This document shows positions 24,979 through 36,930 of a stretch of DNA of 64,000 bases, in pieces; positions within the stretch are counted from its first letter, which is position 1, and every line of letters begins with the position of its first letter. This DNA is from Rebecca billardiae RCC1528 (lineage: Eukaryota > Protista > Haptophyta). Position numbers and translations under genes: made by a program. The stretch is taken from NCBI GenBank assembly GCA_965240325.2, contig OZ251227.1, positions 992,001-1,056,000 of the forward strand. Reading direction: 5' to 3'. The notes beneath the pieces are model-generated. The model saw nothing but the letters and a program-made list of their open reading frames with translations, had not been told where the DNA came from and searched no databases.

Positions 24979-26084
24979 CAAGGGAGGTCCGGGCCGGGAG
25001 CTCCCAGCGAGCGGCCAGCGCGACATCACCTCAAGGTTTTTCCTGAGCGCCGGGCGGCAGCGGCGGCGAGGGCGGTGCTCCGCTGGCGGGGCGCGCACGG
25101 GGCACGGCGCTGCGGGCGCGGATGTGTCCGCAGAGCCGGCGCGTGCGGACGGGCTGTTGCGGGAGAGCATCTGGCGCCCTCCTGCGCCGCGCGCATTGCG
25201 CCACGCCTCTTTCGCCTTGACTCAGGGCAGCGCGCACATGCGCGCTGCGTCAAGGCCAGCCTTGCCGCGCCGCAGCCGACCGCACGCGCGCCGTGCGCGG
25301 CGTGGTCGGGAAGGAACGGGCGCGGCTGCCGGGCGAGATGGCGACATCACGTGCGCACGCCATGTCGTCCCGCGGCGCCGCGAAAGGGCGCGATAACGGA
25401 TCCGCACAGCTGTTGACGAGTGCTGATTTCTTGCCGTGCCTGAAGCCAGACCTGAGCTCGAAAAAGATGATGAAAGTGCATCAGCGCGAGGAAAGCGTCG
25501 CACCCAGCACTTCTACATGGCCACGTGGTGATGGACATTCATGTAAGAGTAGTCCGCGTGCCCGTCTGGCACTGTTCTGTGTCTCAATGATCGTCCCGAC
25601 AAGGGTCGCGACCGCGAGGCCGTGCAGACCATTTGAGACAACTCGAAGAGGCGTGCAAACGGACCGGCGACACGCTCGTCAAGGCGTGGCGGGGCGGCAT
25701 GGCGTGCGCACGTGATGTCGCCATCTCGCCCGGCAGCCACGCCCGTTCCTTCCCGACCACGCCGCGCACGGCGCGCGCGCGGTCGGCTGCGGCGCGGCAA
25801 GGCTGGCCTTGACGCGGCGCGCATGTGCGCGCTGCCCTGAGTCAAGGCGAAAGAGGCGTGGCGCAATGCGCGCGGCGCAGGAGGGCGCCAGATGCTCTCC
25901 CGCAACAGCCCGTCCGCACGCGCCGGCTCTGCGGGCACATCCGCGCCCGCAGCGCCGTGCCCCGTGCGCGCCCCGCCAGCGGAGCACCGCCCTCGCCGCC
26001 GCTGCCGCCCGGCGCTCAGGAAAAAACCTTGAGGTGATGTCGCGCTGGCCGCTCGCTGGGAGCTCCCGGCCCGGACCTCCCTTG
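24979..26084. mobile_element. Non-autonomous long-TIR (foldback/MITE-like) DNA transposon, element A
   Basis: ~385 bp inverted repeats (24979-~25364 / ~25698-26084); termini CAAGGG...CCCTTG; 7-bp TSD ATCCGGG at 24972-24978 and 26085-26091. Confidence 0.9.
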
Positions 26085-26124
26085 ATCCGGGAAATAGGCG
26101 GAAGATGATTGCATCCCGACGACG

Positions 26125-27531
26125 ATGGCTGACGGTTGGAGCTTGCTGTTCACGTTCACCGTGCTGTTCGCCTTTGCCACGCTGTTCGCGCAGTGCTTGC
26201 TCATCGTCCCTGAGCACGTGACGTACTTGCCATCCGCCAACGTCTCTACCGTTTCGCAACCCGCGATCGCGCGACATGCCGGTGCCGCCAGGCGCCCTGC
26301 GCGACACAACTTCACACAGGAGGGGGCTAAGGCAGTAGCTCCCGGGGCGGCTCTGCGAGCGAGCGCTTCGGGCGCAGGTGCGGGCAGACTAGAGGCGCGA
26401 CGGCCAGGTGGTTCACGCTTTGATCAGCCCCGCTCTCTGCCGACCACGAGGATCCCGTCGATGCGCAAGCCAGCGGCAGGAGGCGCTGCTGCCGGCAGCA
26501 CGCTGAGCGTGTGGGATGGCGGGGCCTCGGAGGAGCCTGTGCACGTCGTGCTCGCCGCCGACCGGAAGCACCTGGTCGGCTTCCTGGGTGTGATCAACTC
26601 GGCGCGTGCGCACACCAAGCGCCCGCAGCTGCTCCATTTCCACCTTGTCGTACCAGCCGGCACCGAGCAGGCGACGAGCGCGTTTGTGCGCTGCCGCGGG
26701 CTGTCGCTCGCAGACGGAACCGTGCGCGTGGTCGGCTTCGACACGTCCCGCCTGGCCGGGATCATCCGCGTGCAGGCGACGGCAAAGATGACGGGCAATC
26801 TGTCCAGCCCGCTCAACTACGCGCGCTTCTTCATGCCCGAGCTCGTGCCCGGCGCGCGCATGATTGCGTACCTGGACGTGGACGTGGTGGTGCGCGGGGA
26901 CCTGGTCAAGCTCGCGCGGACGGTGCGGCTGTCCCCGGGGCTCGTGGCGGCGGCCGTGCCGCGCGAGCTCGCGAGTTTCGCGTACAAGCGGTACCCGAAG
27001 GCCGCCAAGCTCTTCGCACAGCGGCGGGGCAAGCCGTTTGACCCCAGTGAGCGCACGTTCAACGCGGGCCTGTTTCTGATCGACGCAGCGCGCTGGCAGG
27101 CGCTGGGGCTGACCGAGGAGGCAGTGTGGTGGCTGCGGCAGAATGCGCGCTCGCCGAGCGGGCTGTGGAAGCTGGGGTCGCAGCCGCCGCTACACCTGAT
27201 CCTCTACAAGCGATGGGCGCGGCTGCCGTCCAACTGGAACCTCGATGGACTCGGGCGCAAGAAGGGGGTCCGAGAAGCTGATCGCCGGGCCGCGAAGCTG
27301 CTGCACTGGACCGGCAGGCACAAGCCGTGGCTGGACGACGGCTACTACCAGCAGGAGTGGACGCCATACCAGGGGCTCACTCAGCCATGCGCGGGGCAAG
27401 GCGAGTGCAGGGCTGACGCTGGCCCGCGCGAGGCACCGTGCAAATGCGCACCAGGCATACAACACGATCTATGCGAACCCTCAACCCAGGCACGGGCGGC
27501 ATCGCGCAGACTCAGTCTCAGCTACGAGTAG
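26125..27531 (+). CDS. GT8 glycosyltransferase (GATL/GAUT-like)
   Basis: N-terminal TM; NYARFF, YLDVDVVV (DxD), FNAGL, LGSQPP, WNLDGLG, LLHWTGRHKPW; short Cys-rich C-tail. Confidence 0.9.
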   Translation: MADGWSLLFTFTVLFAFATLFAQCLLIVPEHVTYLPSANVSTVSQPAIARHAGAARRPARHNFTQEGAKAVAPGAALRASASGAGAGRLEARRPGGSRFDQPRSLPTTRIPSMRKPAAGGAAAGSTLSVWDGGASEEPVHVVLAADRKHLVGFLGVINSARAHTKRPQLLHFHLVVPAGTEQATSAFVRCRGLSLADGTVRVVGFDTSRLAGIIRVQATAKMTGNLSSPLNYARFFMPELVPGARMIAYLDVDVVVRGDLVKLARTVRLSPGLVAAAVPRELASFAYKRYPKAAKLFAQRRGKPFDPSERTFNAGLFLIDAARWQALGLTEEAVWWLRQNARSPSGLWKLGSQPPLHLILYKRWARLPSNWNLDGLGRKKGVREADRRAAKLLHWTGRHKPWLDDGYYQQEWTPYQGLTQPCAGQGECRADAGPREAPCKCAPGIQHDLCEPSTQARAASRRLSLSYE

Positions 27532-27817
27532 CTACTATCTTCGAGTAGCCTAACGAGTAGCCTAAATAACTGCTCCTACTGTAAGCGCTAAGTCCTATAT
27601 ATATATAACTGCTTTGAAAAGCTATCTAGCGTGTCTGACGATTATGGCAGTCTGAGCAGCGTCGTCTGACAACGGCGGCGAATGATGATGCTGACGAAGC
27701 CTGACGATACTATGGACTCATATACGATCGCGGGCCGTCCGGGCCGAATCGGGCGATGATGCCAATAATTTAGTATATATATATTATTGATATATATATT
27801 AATGCGCAGAATATATA

Positions 27818-28243
27818 TATTATGGCGCACGCCCCCCCCCCCGAAAGGTCTGAGCGTGAGCGAAAGCCGGGGGGGGGGCGGCGCACGTGCTCCGCAAAAT
27901 CAAAAAGAGGATGCGCGCAGGATTTTGGGGATTTTTGTGGGTGGCCTTGCCGTACGTATGAGTGGATTTCGCTGCCAATGATTGCGTTTGTAGTAGATGC
28001 TAATTTTAACGATAGTAACACTTAGGGGAATGCCGGGTGGAATAGCATATAACACCAGCCGTGTGTTCGAACATTCCGTCATAGTAAGATGCTTGAATTG
28101 TAAGAGCCTGAAACAGCTCGCCAACCATAGAAAAGAGAGGTTGAGTCAGATTTTATGTCGCTTGAAGTAAAGAATTATTATGCCGGCATCTGAAGTCATG
28201 ATTCATGAACCGTCGCTTCTCAGTGGCGGATATCATCAGGTTA
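27818..28243 (-). repeat. Dispersed ~420 bp repeat, copy 2
   Basis: Reverse complement of 3078-3498; abuts a TA-rich tract. Confidence 0.85.
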
Positions 28244-29155
28244 AGGCCGTTAACTCGTTAAGCCCCTTGTTAAAAGCCCCTTGATTACCCTTGATTCATA
28301 CACGGGTAATATCTTTTAAAGCCGGAAGGCGCTCAAAATACCCAAGTGGGCGCACTGGGTGCCGGGTGGCCCGCGAAGTAAAGTACAGTTTACTATTATT
28401 AACGTGCACACTTGGTTAACATTTTATCGGTGACGACTAGAATCAAGAGATCTTCAACTGAAACGTGATTTGGACGTCGAAGAGGCACGCACGGCCCAAG
28501 GCCGAAGAGGCACGGCTCGTTGCTTGCGGTTGGCAATGCGGGGTGCTGCACTGCACAGGCGCGGTGCGACGGGGAGCATTCCTTCTCCCGGGCGGCCACC
28601 ACGGCCTCGGAGGTGGTGAGGAACGCGTCGGCGACCACGGCGTGGACCACCTCCGTCGCGCCGGACACCCCGGTCGCCCCTCACCGGACTCCACCCTCGC
28701 CGCGCGCTGACCGTTTGCCGGTCGAGCCGTGCTTGCTGTGCTGCCTGCGCGGCCCGGCGCGTGCCCCCGCGTGGTGCCACAAGGCGGGTGCAGACGTGGC
28801 GGCGCGGTGGTGCGTGCGATCGGGGGACCCCACCTGAACTACGACACGGCTGCGCGCGCTCATCCGTGCTCATCACGGTGGTGGACGCGCGACTCGACGC
28901 GCGCATCGAGCGCGGCAGGCCGGCACGGCTCGGCTCGGCAGCCTGCTCGAGGCGCGAAGGCGCGCACCGCGCGCTGCCCGTGGGCGCGACGAGATGGTGC
29001 ATCATCGCGCTACTTGCCATCTTCCTCTCGCCACGCCTTCGACACGATGGCTGCGACTGCTGCTCGGAGGCGCGCTCCGGGGGGCTCACGCACGCGTTCA
29101 GAATTCGAGCTCGGCGGTGACCGCGTGGACGAGGGGCAGCGCGGTGCACGGTGGC

Positions 29156-29601
29156 GGAGCGCGTGCGGAGCGCAGCCTACACCTACTACACGCTCCATCC
29201 AGACACATCGCGCATGCTCGCGCGACCTCCTCGGTCCATCACGCGCGCGTGCGCGCGCGAGCAGGTTTCGGCAGCTGCCGGGCGCGAGCGAGCACGGCGC
29301 GCCGCGTTGGCGCGCGCGCACCGATACCCGTGCGCAGCTCGACGAGCGAGCGCGGTGTGTTTCGACGCGTATGGAGAGACGCGGTGCATCGGGGTGGAGC
29401 GCGTGCGGAGCGCAGCCTACACCTACTACACGCTCCATCCAGACACATCGCGCATGCTCGCGCGACCTCCTCGGTCCATCACGCGCCCGTGCGCGCGCGA
29501 CGGCAGGTGTGCACTCAGTGCAGCCGCCGGGCGCGAGCACGGCGCGCCGCGTTGGCGCGCGCGCACCGATACCCGTGCGCAGCTCGACGAGCGAGCGCGG
29601 T
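29156..29601. repeat. Tandem duplication, ~240 bp period
   Basis: ggagcgcgtgcggagcgcagcctacacctactacacg... at 29156 and 29396. Confidence 0.85.
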
Positions 29602-30019
29602 GGGGTTCGATGCCGCCGACCACCTCTGGCTCGGTCGCGCTCACGAGGCTGGTCGCGGGCCTAATCGTGCCGTGTATTGGCTGCCTGCTCGGTCATTGGT
29701 GAACTCGCGACGCCGACTACAAGTACAACCGCGAGTACGGTTACACGTATTCTGGTAGGCATGCTGTGATTGTGACGAGTTTATGCAACTGTGATATTCT
29801 GTACATAGGGCCGTGCGCCCTCAACTTCGTTGTTCACTACCCGAAGATCGGCGTAGCCGATCATTATAATTATATATCATCAATTTCAATATATCTGACA
29901 TTGTCATCATCGGCGTCAGCATCACTGGTCGTCAGCACTGGCAGTCGTAATCCTACTGCGCACGAAACTATACTTCTGACGAGCAGAATCTGAATTATTC
30001 TGCTGAGATATCACACCAT

Positions 30020-32680
30020 TCACATCATGGGCGTCAGCGGCACAGGCTCCCGCTTCCACACGGGCTTCTTCCGCCGCCCGGCCGCGGCCGCAGGCACGCG
30101 CGCAGCGCTGCCCGACGCAACATATCGCGTCTCGGCCGTCACCGCCACGCCGTGCGACCCGCCGCCGGCCGCAGCACCAAGAATCCCTGTGCCGCTGGCT
30201 GGATGCGGCTGGCTCGGAGCGCCGTGCGGCTCGTCCGGTGGCTCGTCGGGCGGCCGCTCGTCCGCCTCATCCTCGTCCGAACTGAGCGCGCCGCCTGGCT
30301 GCTCTTCGTACAGCCGGTCGTCGTTGTAGTCGTATGGCTTGCGTGCCACGGCGCGCTGTGCGGCAGCCACGGCCGCGTGCTCCGGCTGATCCTCGGCGGC
30401 CGCGTCCTTGTCCTCGAGCACGAGGACAGTCGCATCGCCCTCGGCGCGCACCACGCCCGCAGACCCGCCCGAGCGCGACGCGCGCCGGCCGGCTGCAGCG
30501 CCCCCGCGCTGCTCGAGCCTGCGCGTGGCGGCCGAGGGCTCGGCAACGCTCGCGCCGGCCGCTTTGACGGAGCGCCGGCCGTGCGTTGGCGCGTGCTGGT
30601 GCTGCGCGCCCGCCCTGGGCTCCGATGCACTCGCGGGCTCACCGCCGCTCACGTGCCGCACCGAGACGCTCACTGCCGCCCGCTCCGCGCCGCCGATGGC
30701 GCGCAGAGGCGCATAGCTGCCAGCGCCGCCGAGGTCGGGACAGGCCCCGGCTGAGCTTGAGCGCCCTCTCGCCCCCCACGCCGGCCCCCGCGCTCGGCTA
30801 GACCCGCCGGCGGCCCGGCCCGCGGCCGTCTCATCGGCCTCGCCCTCGTCAGCGCTACGCCCTTCCTCGTCCTCGTCCTCGTCCTCGTGGTCGTGGTCGT
30901 CGTGCTCGTACAGGGAGGCCACCTCGACGCCCGCCACTTGGACCGTGCTGTAGCCCTCGCCGCTGCAGGCGTACACCTCGCCCGGCGAGCCGAGCGCCGC
31001 ACCGCCGCGCGCCTCGGCGCGGCCGCCGCCGCCGCGGCCAGCGCCACCGCTTCGGGGGGCGCCGCCGCCGAATCGGCCGGCTGGGGCTGGGGCTGGCGCG
31101 TGCGCGTGGGCGTGCGCGTGGGCGTGCGCGGCACCGCGGGGTTGCTCAGCACTGCGCGCGATGCGCCGGGGCCGTCCGCCCTCCGGGCCGTCGTGCGCGG
31201 GCCCAGCAGGCTGCGTGGGCAGCTCGCGAAGCTCGGGCGGCGGCTGAGGCGGCGGCGGCGGCGGCGGCGGCGGCCCGGGCGGCGGCAGCCCGGCCCGCTT
31301 GCGAGCCAGTCTCTCCTTGGCGAGCTGCGTGGCCTGCTCTGCCACCTTGGCGCTGTGCGCGGCGAGGGCCTGGCGGTACTGAGCCTCGGCGGCGGCGCGC
31401 GCGTCCTCCTCCTCGCGCCGGCGGCGCAGCTCGGCCTCGCGCCGCGCCACGCGCTCGCGTGCCTCGCGCTGCAGCACGGCGCCGCGCTGCGCGCTCTCGC
31501 GCGCGGCGAGGGCGCCGCTCGCAGTCTCGTGCTCAGACTCTGCTGCGCGCCGATGTCGCTCGTCCGCGATGCGGCGGGTGACGCGCGCCGCGCTCTGCCG
31601 GGCCTCGCGCTCGGCGCGCGCGGCGGCCTCCTCGCGCACGCGCGCCCGCTCCGCCTCCGCCTCGAGCTCCGCCTCCTCCTCTCGCGCGCGCGCCTCGCGC
31701 TGCTGCCGCTCCGCCGCCGCCAGCCGCTTCGCCTGCTCGTGCTGGAAGGAGGCGACGCGCGCCGCGTCCGCGCTCGCCTTGCGCGCAGCCTCGGCCTCGG
31801 CCTCGGCGCGCTCGCGGCGCTCGCGGAGGCGGCGCTGGCGCTGCGCCTCGGCCACGCGCTGCGCGGCGAGCTGCGCGGCATCCGGCACGCCGCCGTCCGC
31901 CCCGAGCTCACCGCCCAGCCCCCCGCCGGCCGCGCTCGCATCGGAGAAGGAGTCGGCTCCAAAGCCAGCGCGCGCGGCGGGCGGCGGCGCAACGGGCAGT
32001 GGCTGCGAGGTGGCGCGCGCGAGCAGCGCGCGCGCCGTGGCGGCGGCTTCGTCCGCCTTGGCGCGCGCGATCGCGCTCGGGGAAGAGGCCTCGCCGCCGA
32101 GCTCGTCCGCGCCGGCCGCACCGCCGGGTGGCGCCGCCCCAGCGCCCGCGCCCGCCGTGCCGCGCGCGCCGCGCGCCACCGGCCTCGGCGGCGCGGGTGT
32201 GCCGCGGTACACGGCCTTCTTCGGAGGCGGGTGGTCCGCGCGTAGCACGGCCCGCCTGCGATCCATGGCGTCGCGCTCCTTGTCCACGATGTCGAGGACG
32301 GGCATCTCGGCCAACTGTGAGAGCTCAGGCAGAGCGCCATCCGTCATGAGATCGACCCACTCGGAGGCGGGGGCGCCCTCCGTGGCGGCGCGGCGGGGGG
32401 GCTGCGCTGGCACCCTTGGACGTGGCCGTGCCGCCTGCACGGGCGCCGCCGCGCTCTTTCCGGCGGCCGAGGCTCGCGCCGCCGCGCTGCGGCCGCGGCC
32501 CTTGGTCGACGCAGCGTTCGATGAGAGAAGGTCGGCGCAGGCGAGGGGCTCCATGGGAGGCAGCGGGTCGGCGTCGAGCGGGCCGCGCGCGAGGAGCTCG
32601 GACGCTCGACTGAACGCGCCCATCGCCTGCTCCATCGCCGCAGCGAGCTGGTCATTCGCCGCGCCCGTCGCGGAGGGCAT
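30020..32680 (-). CDS. Hypothetical low-complexity coiled-coil protein
   Basis: ~890 aa ORF from ATG 32680; E/R/A-rich central helix, poly-P and acidic tracts; no recognisable domain. Confidence 0.65.
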   Translation of the reverse strand: MPSATGAANDQLAAAMEQAMGAFSRASELLARGPLDADPLPPMEPLACADLLSSNAASTKGRGRSAAARASAAGKSAAAPVQAARPRPRVPAQPPRRAATEGAPASEWVDLMTDGALPELSQLAEMPVLDIVDKERDAMDRRRAVLRADHPPPKKAVYRGTPAPPRPVARGARGTAGAGAGAAPPGGAAGADELGGEASSPSAIARAKADEAAATARALLARATSQPLPVAPPPAARAGFGADSFSDASAAGGGLGGELGADGGVPDAAQLAAQRVAEAQRQRRLRERRERAEAEAEAARKASADAARVASFQHEQAKRLAAAERQQREARAREEEAELEAEAERARVREEAAARAEREARQSAARVTRRIADERHRRAAESEHETASGALAARESAQRGAVLQREARERVARREAELRRRREEEDARAAAEAQYRQALAAHSAKVAEQATQLAKERLARKRAGLPPPGPPPPPPPPPQPPPELRELPTQPAGPAHDGPEGGRPRRIARSAEQPRGAAHAHAHAHAHAPAPAPAGRFGGGAPRSGGAGRGGGGRAEARGGAALGSPGEVYACSGEGYSTVQVAGVEVASLYEHDDHDHEDEDEDEEGRSADEGEADETAAGRAAGGSSRARGPAWGARGRSSSAGACPDLGGAGSYAPLRAIGGAERAAVSVSVRHVSGGEPASASEPRAGAQHQHAPTHGRRSVKAAGASVAEPSAATRRLEQRGGAAAGRRASRSGGSAGVVRAEGDATVLVLEDKDAAAEDQPEHAAVAAAQRAVARKPYDYNDDRLYEEQPGGALSSDEDEADERPPDEPPDEPHGAPSQPHPASGTGILGAAAGGGSHGVAVTAETRYVASGSAARVPAAAAGRRKKPVWKREPVPLTPMM

Positions 32681-33551
32681 CTCCCTTCCACTCAAGCGTC
32701 TCAACCGTCGAGGACCCGACGATTGGGCGCGGCCTCCCGGAAAAATAAGCAGGCAAGCAGGCGGACGATACAAAACGCGCGTTTATTGTTTTGCCGGCGG
32801 GCCAAGCCTCCACGGGTGCCGCAGCGACCCGACGGGTCCAAGACCAGCTCCATCCCCGATCCGCCTCGGGCTCGGTGCATTGAACTGGTGCCGCGTGCCA
32901 CGCGGACGGTCACGACCGTCACGAGCTCGGTGCACCCGGCGATCGGCAGAGGCTGTGCTGCTGTCACCGGCTGTCCGAACCTAGTCGTTAGCCGATATTT
33001 ACTGTCACGGAGACGGCGGGCAGGCATGGTGCAACGAGTACGTAATCACTCCGCCTCGGGCCGAGATCCGACGGCAACGGCCAGCCTCCGGCGGACCGGG
33101 CCGCACGGCAGGTCGGCAGGGCGCGTCGGCAGCAGGAGGTGGTCACAGGTGCAGCGAGTCGGCCTGCCCGGATCTGTCTCCGAGCAAAGCCAGCACTTGC
33201 CCTCTGAGAGAGCCCCCGTGCTCGCCCAATTGCTGCAGAGCACGGCGGCTCACGCGCCCACACGGGCGCCGCGCGCTGAGGTGCCGTGATCGCGTGCAGC
33301 TCGCGCTGCGCCGCGCAGCACAGGCAGCCGCCTCAGCCGGGGCCGTGCCGGGGTCACGCCCGCCCCACAGTCAGAGCTCGCTGCTCGAGCCTGCGCGCTG
33401 CCCTCGAGGCGAGTGCCACGCTGTGCTGCCCTCACGCCAGCCACCCGCTCACCGCCGCCGCCGGTTCGTCCGAACCGCCCTGTGCGCGGTCCTAACCCCT
33501 CGCGTGCACAGCCACAGCTCGCGCGCTGCGTTGGCCGCGGCCCCGATCCGC

Positions 33552-34478
33552 TCAGCAGCAGCCGCCCTGCTTGACCGACTCCGTCTTGCCTGTGACGGTG
33601 ATCTTGGCCTTGCCGCCATCGTTCATCGCGGGCTGGCTGGCCATCCGCGTCTTAATCTGCGCAGCCATCTGCTCGGCCGGGCGAGCGCACGTCGCGAGGC
33701 GGGGCACAGCGTGTGAGCTAGAGCGCACGGGCGGCCCGACGCGCGCGCGCCACTTGCGAGCAGCGCGCTTTCGCGCGTGCCTTCATGAAGGCGTCCTCCA
33801 CATTCGTCGCGTTCTTCGCGCTGGTCTCAAGGAAGGGGATGTTCACAGTGTTCGCGAACTCGTTGGCTGTCTCCGTCTCCACCTGGCGCTTGCTCGTGAG
33901 GTCGCACTTGTTGCCGACGAGCAGCTTGTTCACGTTCTCCGATGCGTACCGGTCGATCTCGTGCAGCCAGGTCTTGACGTGCTCGAACGTCTCCGAGTCG
34001 GTGACGTCGTACACCACGATGATGCCGTGCGCGCCACGGTAATAGCTGCTCGTGATCGTGCGGAAGCGCTCCTGACCCGCCGTGTCCCAGATCTGCAGCT
34101 TGATGGTCTTGCCATCGAGCTGAATCGTGCGGATTTTAAAGTCCACGCCGATCGTGCTGATGTGCGACTCAGTGTAAGTGTCGTCGGCGAAGCGGAGAAG
34201 CAGGCACGACTTGCCCACGCCGCTGTCGCCGATCAGCACCAGCTTGAACACGTAGTCATACTCCTGCGGTCGCAGCGGTCACGGGCGCGAGAGCGGGCGG
34301 CGGCTCGGCGGACAGCGCGAGGTGGTGGGGCGCATGGCCACGGGCTGCCGACGGGCGGGGGCGCACGAGAGGCCAGCGAGCAGGAACTCCTTAAGCCCCG
34401 CGCCCGGCCGAACGGCCGACCACCCCCCACGCCGCTTGCCCCCTCGGGCGCCGGGCTTGTCCAACGCACCTGCGCCAT
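33552..34478 (-). CDS. RAB1: Rab1/Ypt1 GTPase; exons 34478-34470, 34263-33781, 33668-33552
   Basis: MAQ|[54 protein letters not shown]; C-terminal GGCC prenylation motif; introns 34264-34469 (GT-AG) and 33669-33780 (GC-AG). Confidence 0.95.
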
Positions 34479-34662
34479 GTTAGTCGCAAGCGCCGCCGGG
34501 AGATGCGGCGGAAGGCAAGGCGGGCAGACGAGGTCCGGGACGCACGCCGAGGGGGGTCATGTCCGGGGTACAGTCAGCACGCGCCCAAGTCTTGGGCCTC
34601 GGCGCCAACTGCCGGAAGGCTGACATGGCCGCCAAGCAGTCAAGCCTTGACTTTGACTCGCC

Positions 34663-36264
34663 ATGCCCGCGTATCGATCTGTGGTATCCCATGTTCTGAC
34701 CGCTGGGGCCTCCCTCGCGGTGGGCATGGTCGTCGGCCTCGCCCTGAGAGCACCTGCAACCTCGACGGTCCGCATCTCGTCGCAGCCTCCCGATCCGTCA
34801 CAAGAGCGCGCATGCGGGGGTGCGCTTTCTCAGCGTGGCATCGCAGGGTCGGACATGCCGAGTGCGCTTGAGGGCTGGCGGACGCACATGTCTCTCGCGA
34901 AGGAGCGTGTGCGGCGCAGGTGGCACCATGCGCAGGTTGGCTGCTCTGACAGCTCGGTACTCCTGCCCTTGCTCGCGAGAGAAGCCAAGCTCGCGCGCTG
35001 CCGCGAGAAGCGCAACCGCGGCACGGGCTCGCTCCCTCTCCTCGTCGTCGACGTCGGCGCAAACGTGGGCGGCTTTGCGCTCCAAGCGCTCTCGGCCCTG
35101 GGCGACCTGACGGTGCGCTTCCGACATCGCGAGTTCGGCGACATCTGCCGCAGGCCGGTGCACGACCTGGAGCGCTCGCTCGACCTCGTCCTGATCGAGG
35201 GGAACCCGAGCACGTGCGACGTGCTCGCGGAGCGCCTGCGCGCGGACGTGCACCACGCGCCCCCGGACACGCTCGTACCCGCCGCGGCGCAGCACCGCGC
35301 GCCCTCTGGCCGTGTGCAGCGCTTCGACCGCGTTGTAGACGACGCGTCCGCCGTCGGCCGGAGCTCGGGGCAGAGCACGGTCGTGTGCGCAGCGGCGGGT
35401 GAGCGCGAGGGCGTGGCCCAGTGGATGGCTCCCAAGGACGGCCACGGCGGCGCGGGCCTCGAGGCGAACACCGGGCTGGTGGGCACCCTCCACGACCCGT
35501 CCATCCCAGTGGGGCTTGTCTCCGTGCAGATGCGCACGGTCGCGTCGGTCGTGCACGCCTTTGGCAACCGCACCACGCAGCGCCCGTGGCCGGGGCAGCT
35601 TCACAGGCTGAAGCGGCACCCATGGTGCGACGCGCTCGACGACGCGTATGCCCCATCTGCGCGGGGTCGCGAGCCATTCTCGGTCCCCGCGCCACCGCCG
35701 CCCGGTCCACCCGGCGCCCGGCGCGTGTTCCTGCTCAAGGTGGACGCCGAGGGCGCCGACGCAAGCGTGCTGCGCGGCGCGCGCCCGCTGCTCGAGGCGC
35801 AGGTGGTGGACTTCCTCATCTTCGAGTACAACTCCGTCTGGCCGCACGCCGAGCCGCTCTCGCGCACGGTGCTGCCGCTGCTCACTCTCGGCTACCGCTG
35901 TGCGCATATCGGCGTCGGCGGCATGACGCCCCTCTCCGGAGGGTGGTGGGACTGGCACTGGGACCTGGGAACGCACAAGACGTGGAGCAACATTTGGTGC
36001 GCGCTCGACCGCGCCGCGTTTGTGCGCATCGTGCGCGCCTACAATGTGAACGGCGCGTTCGACGTGCCGCACGAGCTGCTCGAGTGGGGCTTGAACGAGC
36101 CCGTCCCACGAGCTCCACCCGCGTTTGTCAGGCGCCGCCCCGAAATTCTTGAGCAGATGAGGAATCTCAGCATCATCAATGCTGCTGCACTGAGTCACAG
36201 TGGCAGTGCACATGGCGGCCCTGCTGATCAGTATAGTACTGCCGCTACTAACAGTAGTGACTAG
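34663..36264 (+). CDS. FkbM-family methyltransferase with N-terminal membrane anchor
   Basis: VVDVGANVG, LIEGNP, LLKVDAEGAD..VLRG, IFEY motifs. Confidence 0.8.
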   Translation: MPAYRSVVSHVLTAGASLAVGMVVGLALRAPATSTVRISSQPPDPSQERACGGALSQRGIAGSDMPSALEGWRTHMSLAKERVRRRWHHAQVGCSDSSVLLPLLAREAKLARCREKRNRGTGSLPLLVVDVGANVGGFALQALSALGDLTVRFRHREFGDICRRPVHDLERSLDLVLIEGNPSTCDVLAERLRADVHHAPPDTLVPAAAQHRAPSGRVQRFDRVVDDASAVGRSSGQSTVVCAAAGEREGVAQWMAPKDGHGGAGLEANTGLVGTLHDPSIPVGLVSVQMRTVASVVHAFGNRTTQRPWPGQLHRLKRHPWCDALDDAYAPSARGREPFSVPAPPPPGPPGARRVFLLKVDAEGADASVLRGARPLLEAQVVDFLIFEYNSVWPHAEPLSRTVLPLLTLGYRCAHIGVGGMTPLSGGWWDWHWDLGTHKTWSNIWCALDRAAFVRIVRAYNVNGAFDVPHELLEWGLNEPVPRAPPAFVRRRPEILEQMRNLSIINAAALSHSGSAHGGPADQYSTAATNSSD

Positions 36265-36332
36265 TGTCAGTCAGCGCCGCAGCGCAGTAGCGCTAATACG
36301 GTAGTATGTACATATATAGTTAGTCGCGTATA

Positions 36333-36458
36333 TAGAGAGAGAGAGGGCAGCCGCCAGAGTGACGAGAGAGATCGACTCACTCATCGAGTGATGAGATCGA
36401 GAGAGACTAGACACTTAAGTGACTGAGTGTGAGAGAAAGAGAGAGAGAGAGAGAGAGC

Positions 36459-36498
<40 letters not shown>
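36333..36498. repeat. (GA)n microsatellite, interrupted
   Basis: Directly visible. Confidence 0.9.
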
Positions 36499-36501
<3 letters not shown>

Positions 36502-36930
36502 ATCTGAGATAGATAGTCGTAGTATTAGCGAGTCAACGTGTCACACTTCCGCCTGTCGGTCGGTTGCCATGACGACTGCTCCGCCGCCGTTATTATTTAC
36601 GCCGTTAAAAAATATATATACTGTCTCCGTGACGTAGCGCTAGCGCATATTGACGATCCTGGATGAGTACCGCCTGAATTGCTGACATCTGACAGTCGCC
36701 ATAGCAGCGTCGTCCGGTCACTCCGCCTCCGGAGCGACCAGGAGCCGCGCACTTCACTAGTATAGTAGTTATTCATCATCACTGCTAGCGGCTACGGCGT
36801 CCGGTCGCGCGGGCGCGGGCCTCATGGCTCATCAGTCAGTCATCACCGTCACGTACCGTCGTGTCTCAGTCTGAGCCGCTACCGCGTTAACGGTACTAGT
36901 AAGTACTAGTAGTTAGCAGTGAGAGCTTTA

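Noticed and set aside
28255-28300. Short aagcccctt/taccctt repeats resembling telomeric sequence
   Set aside because: Only 2-3 irregular units; not a telomeric array.
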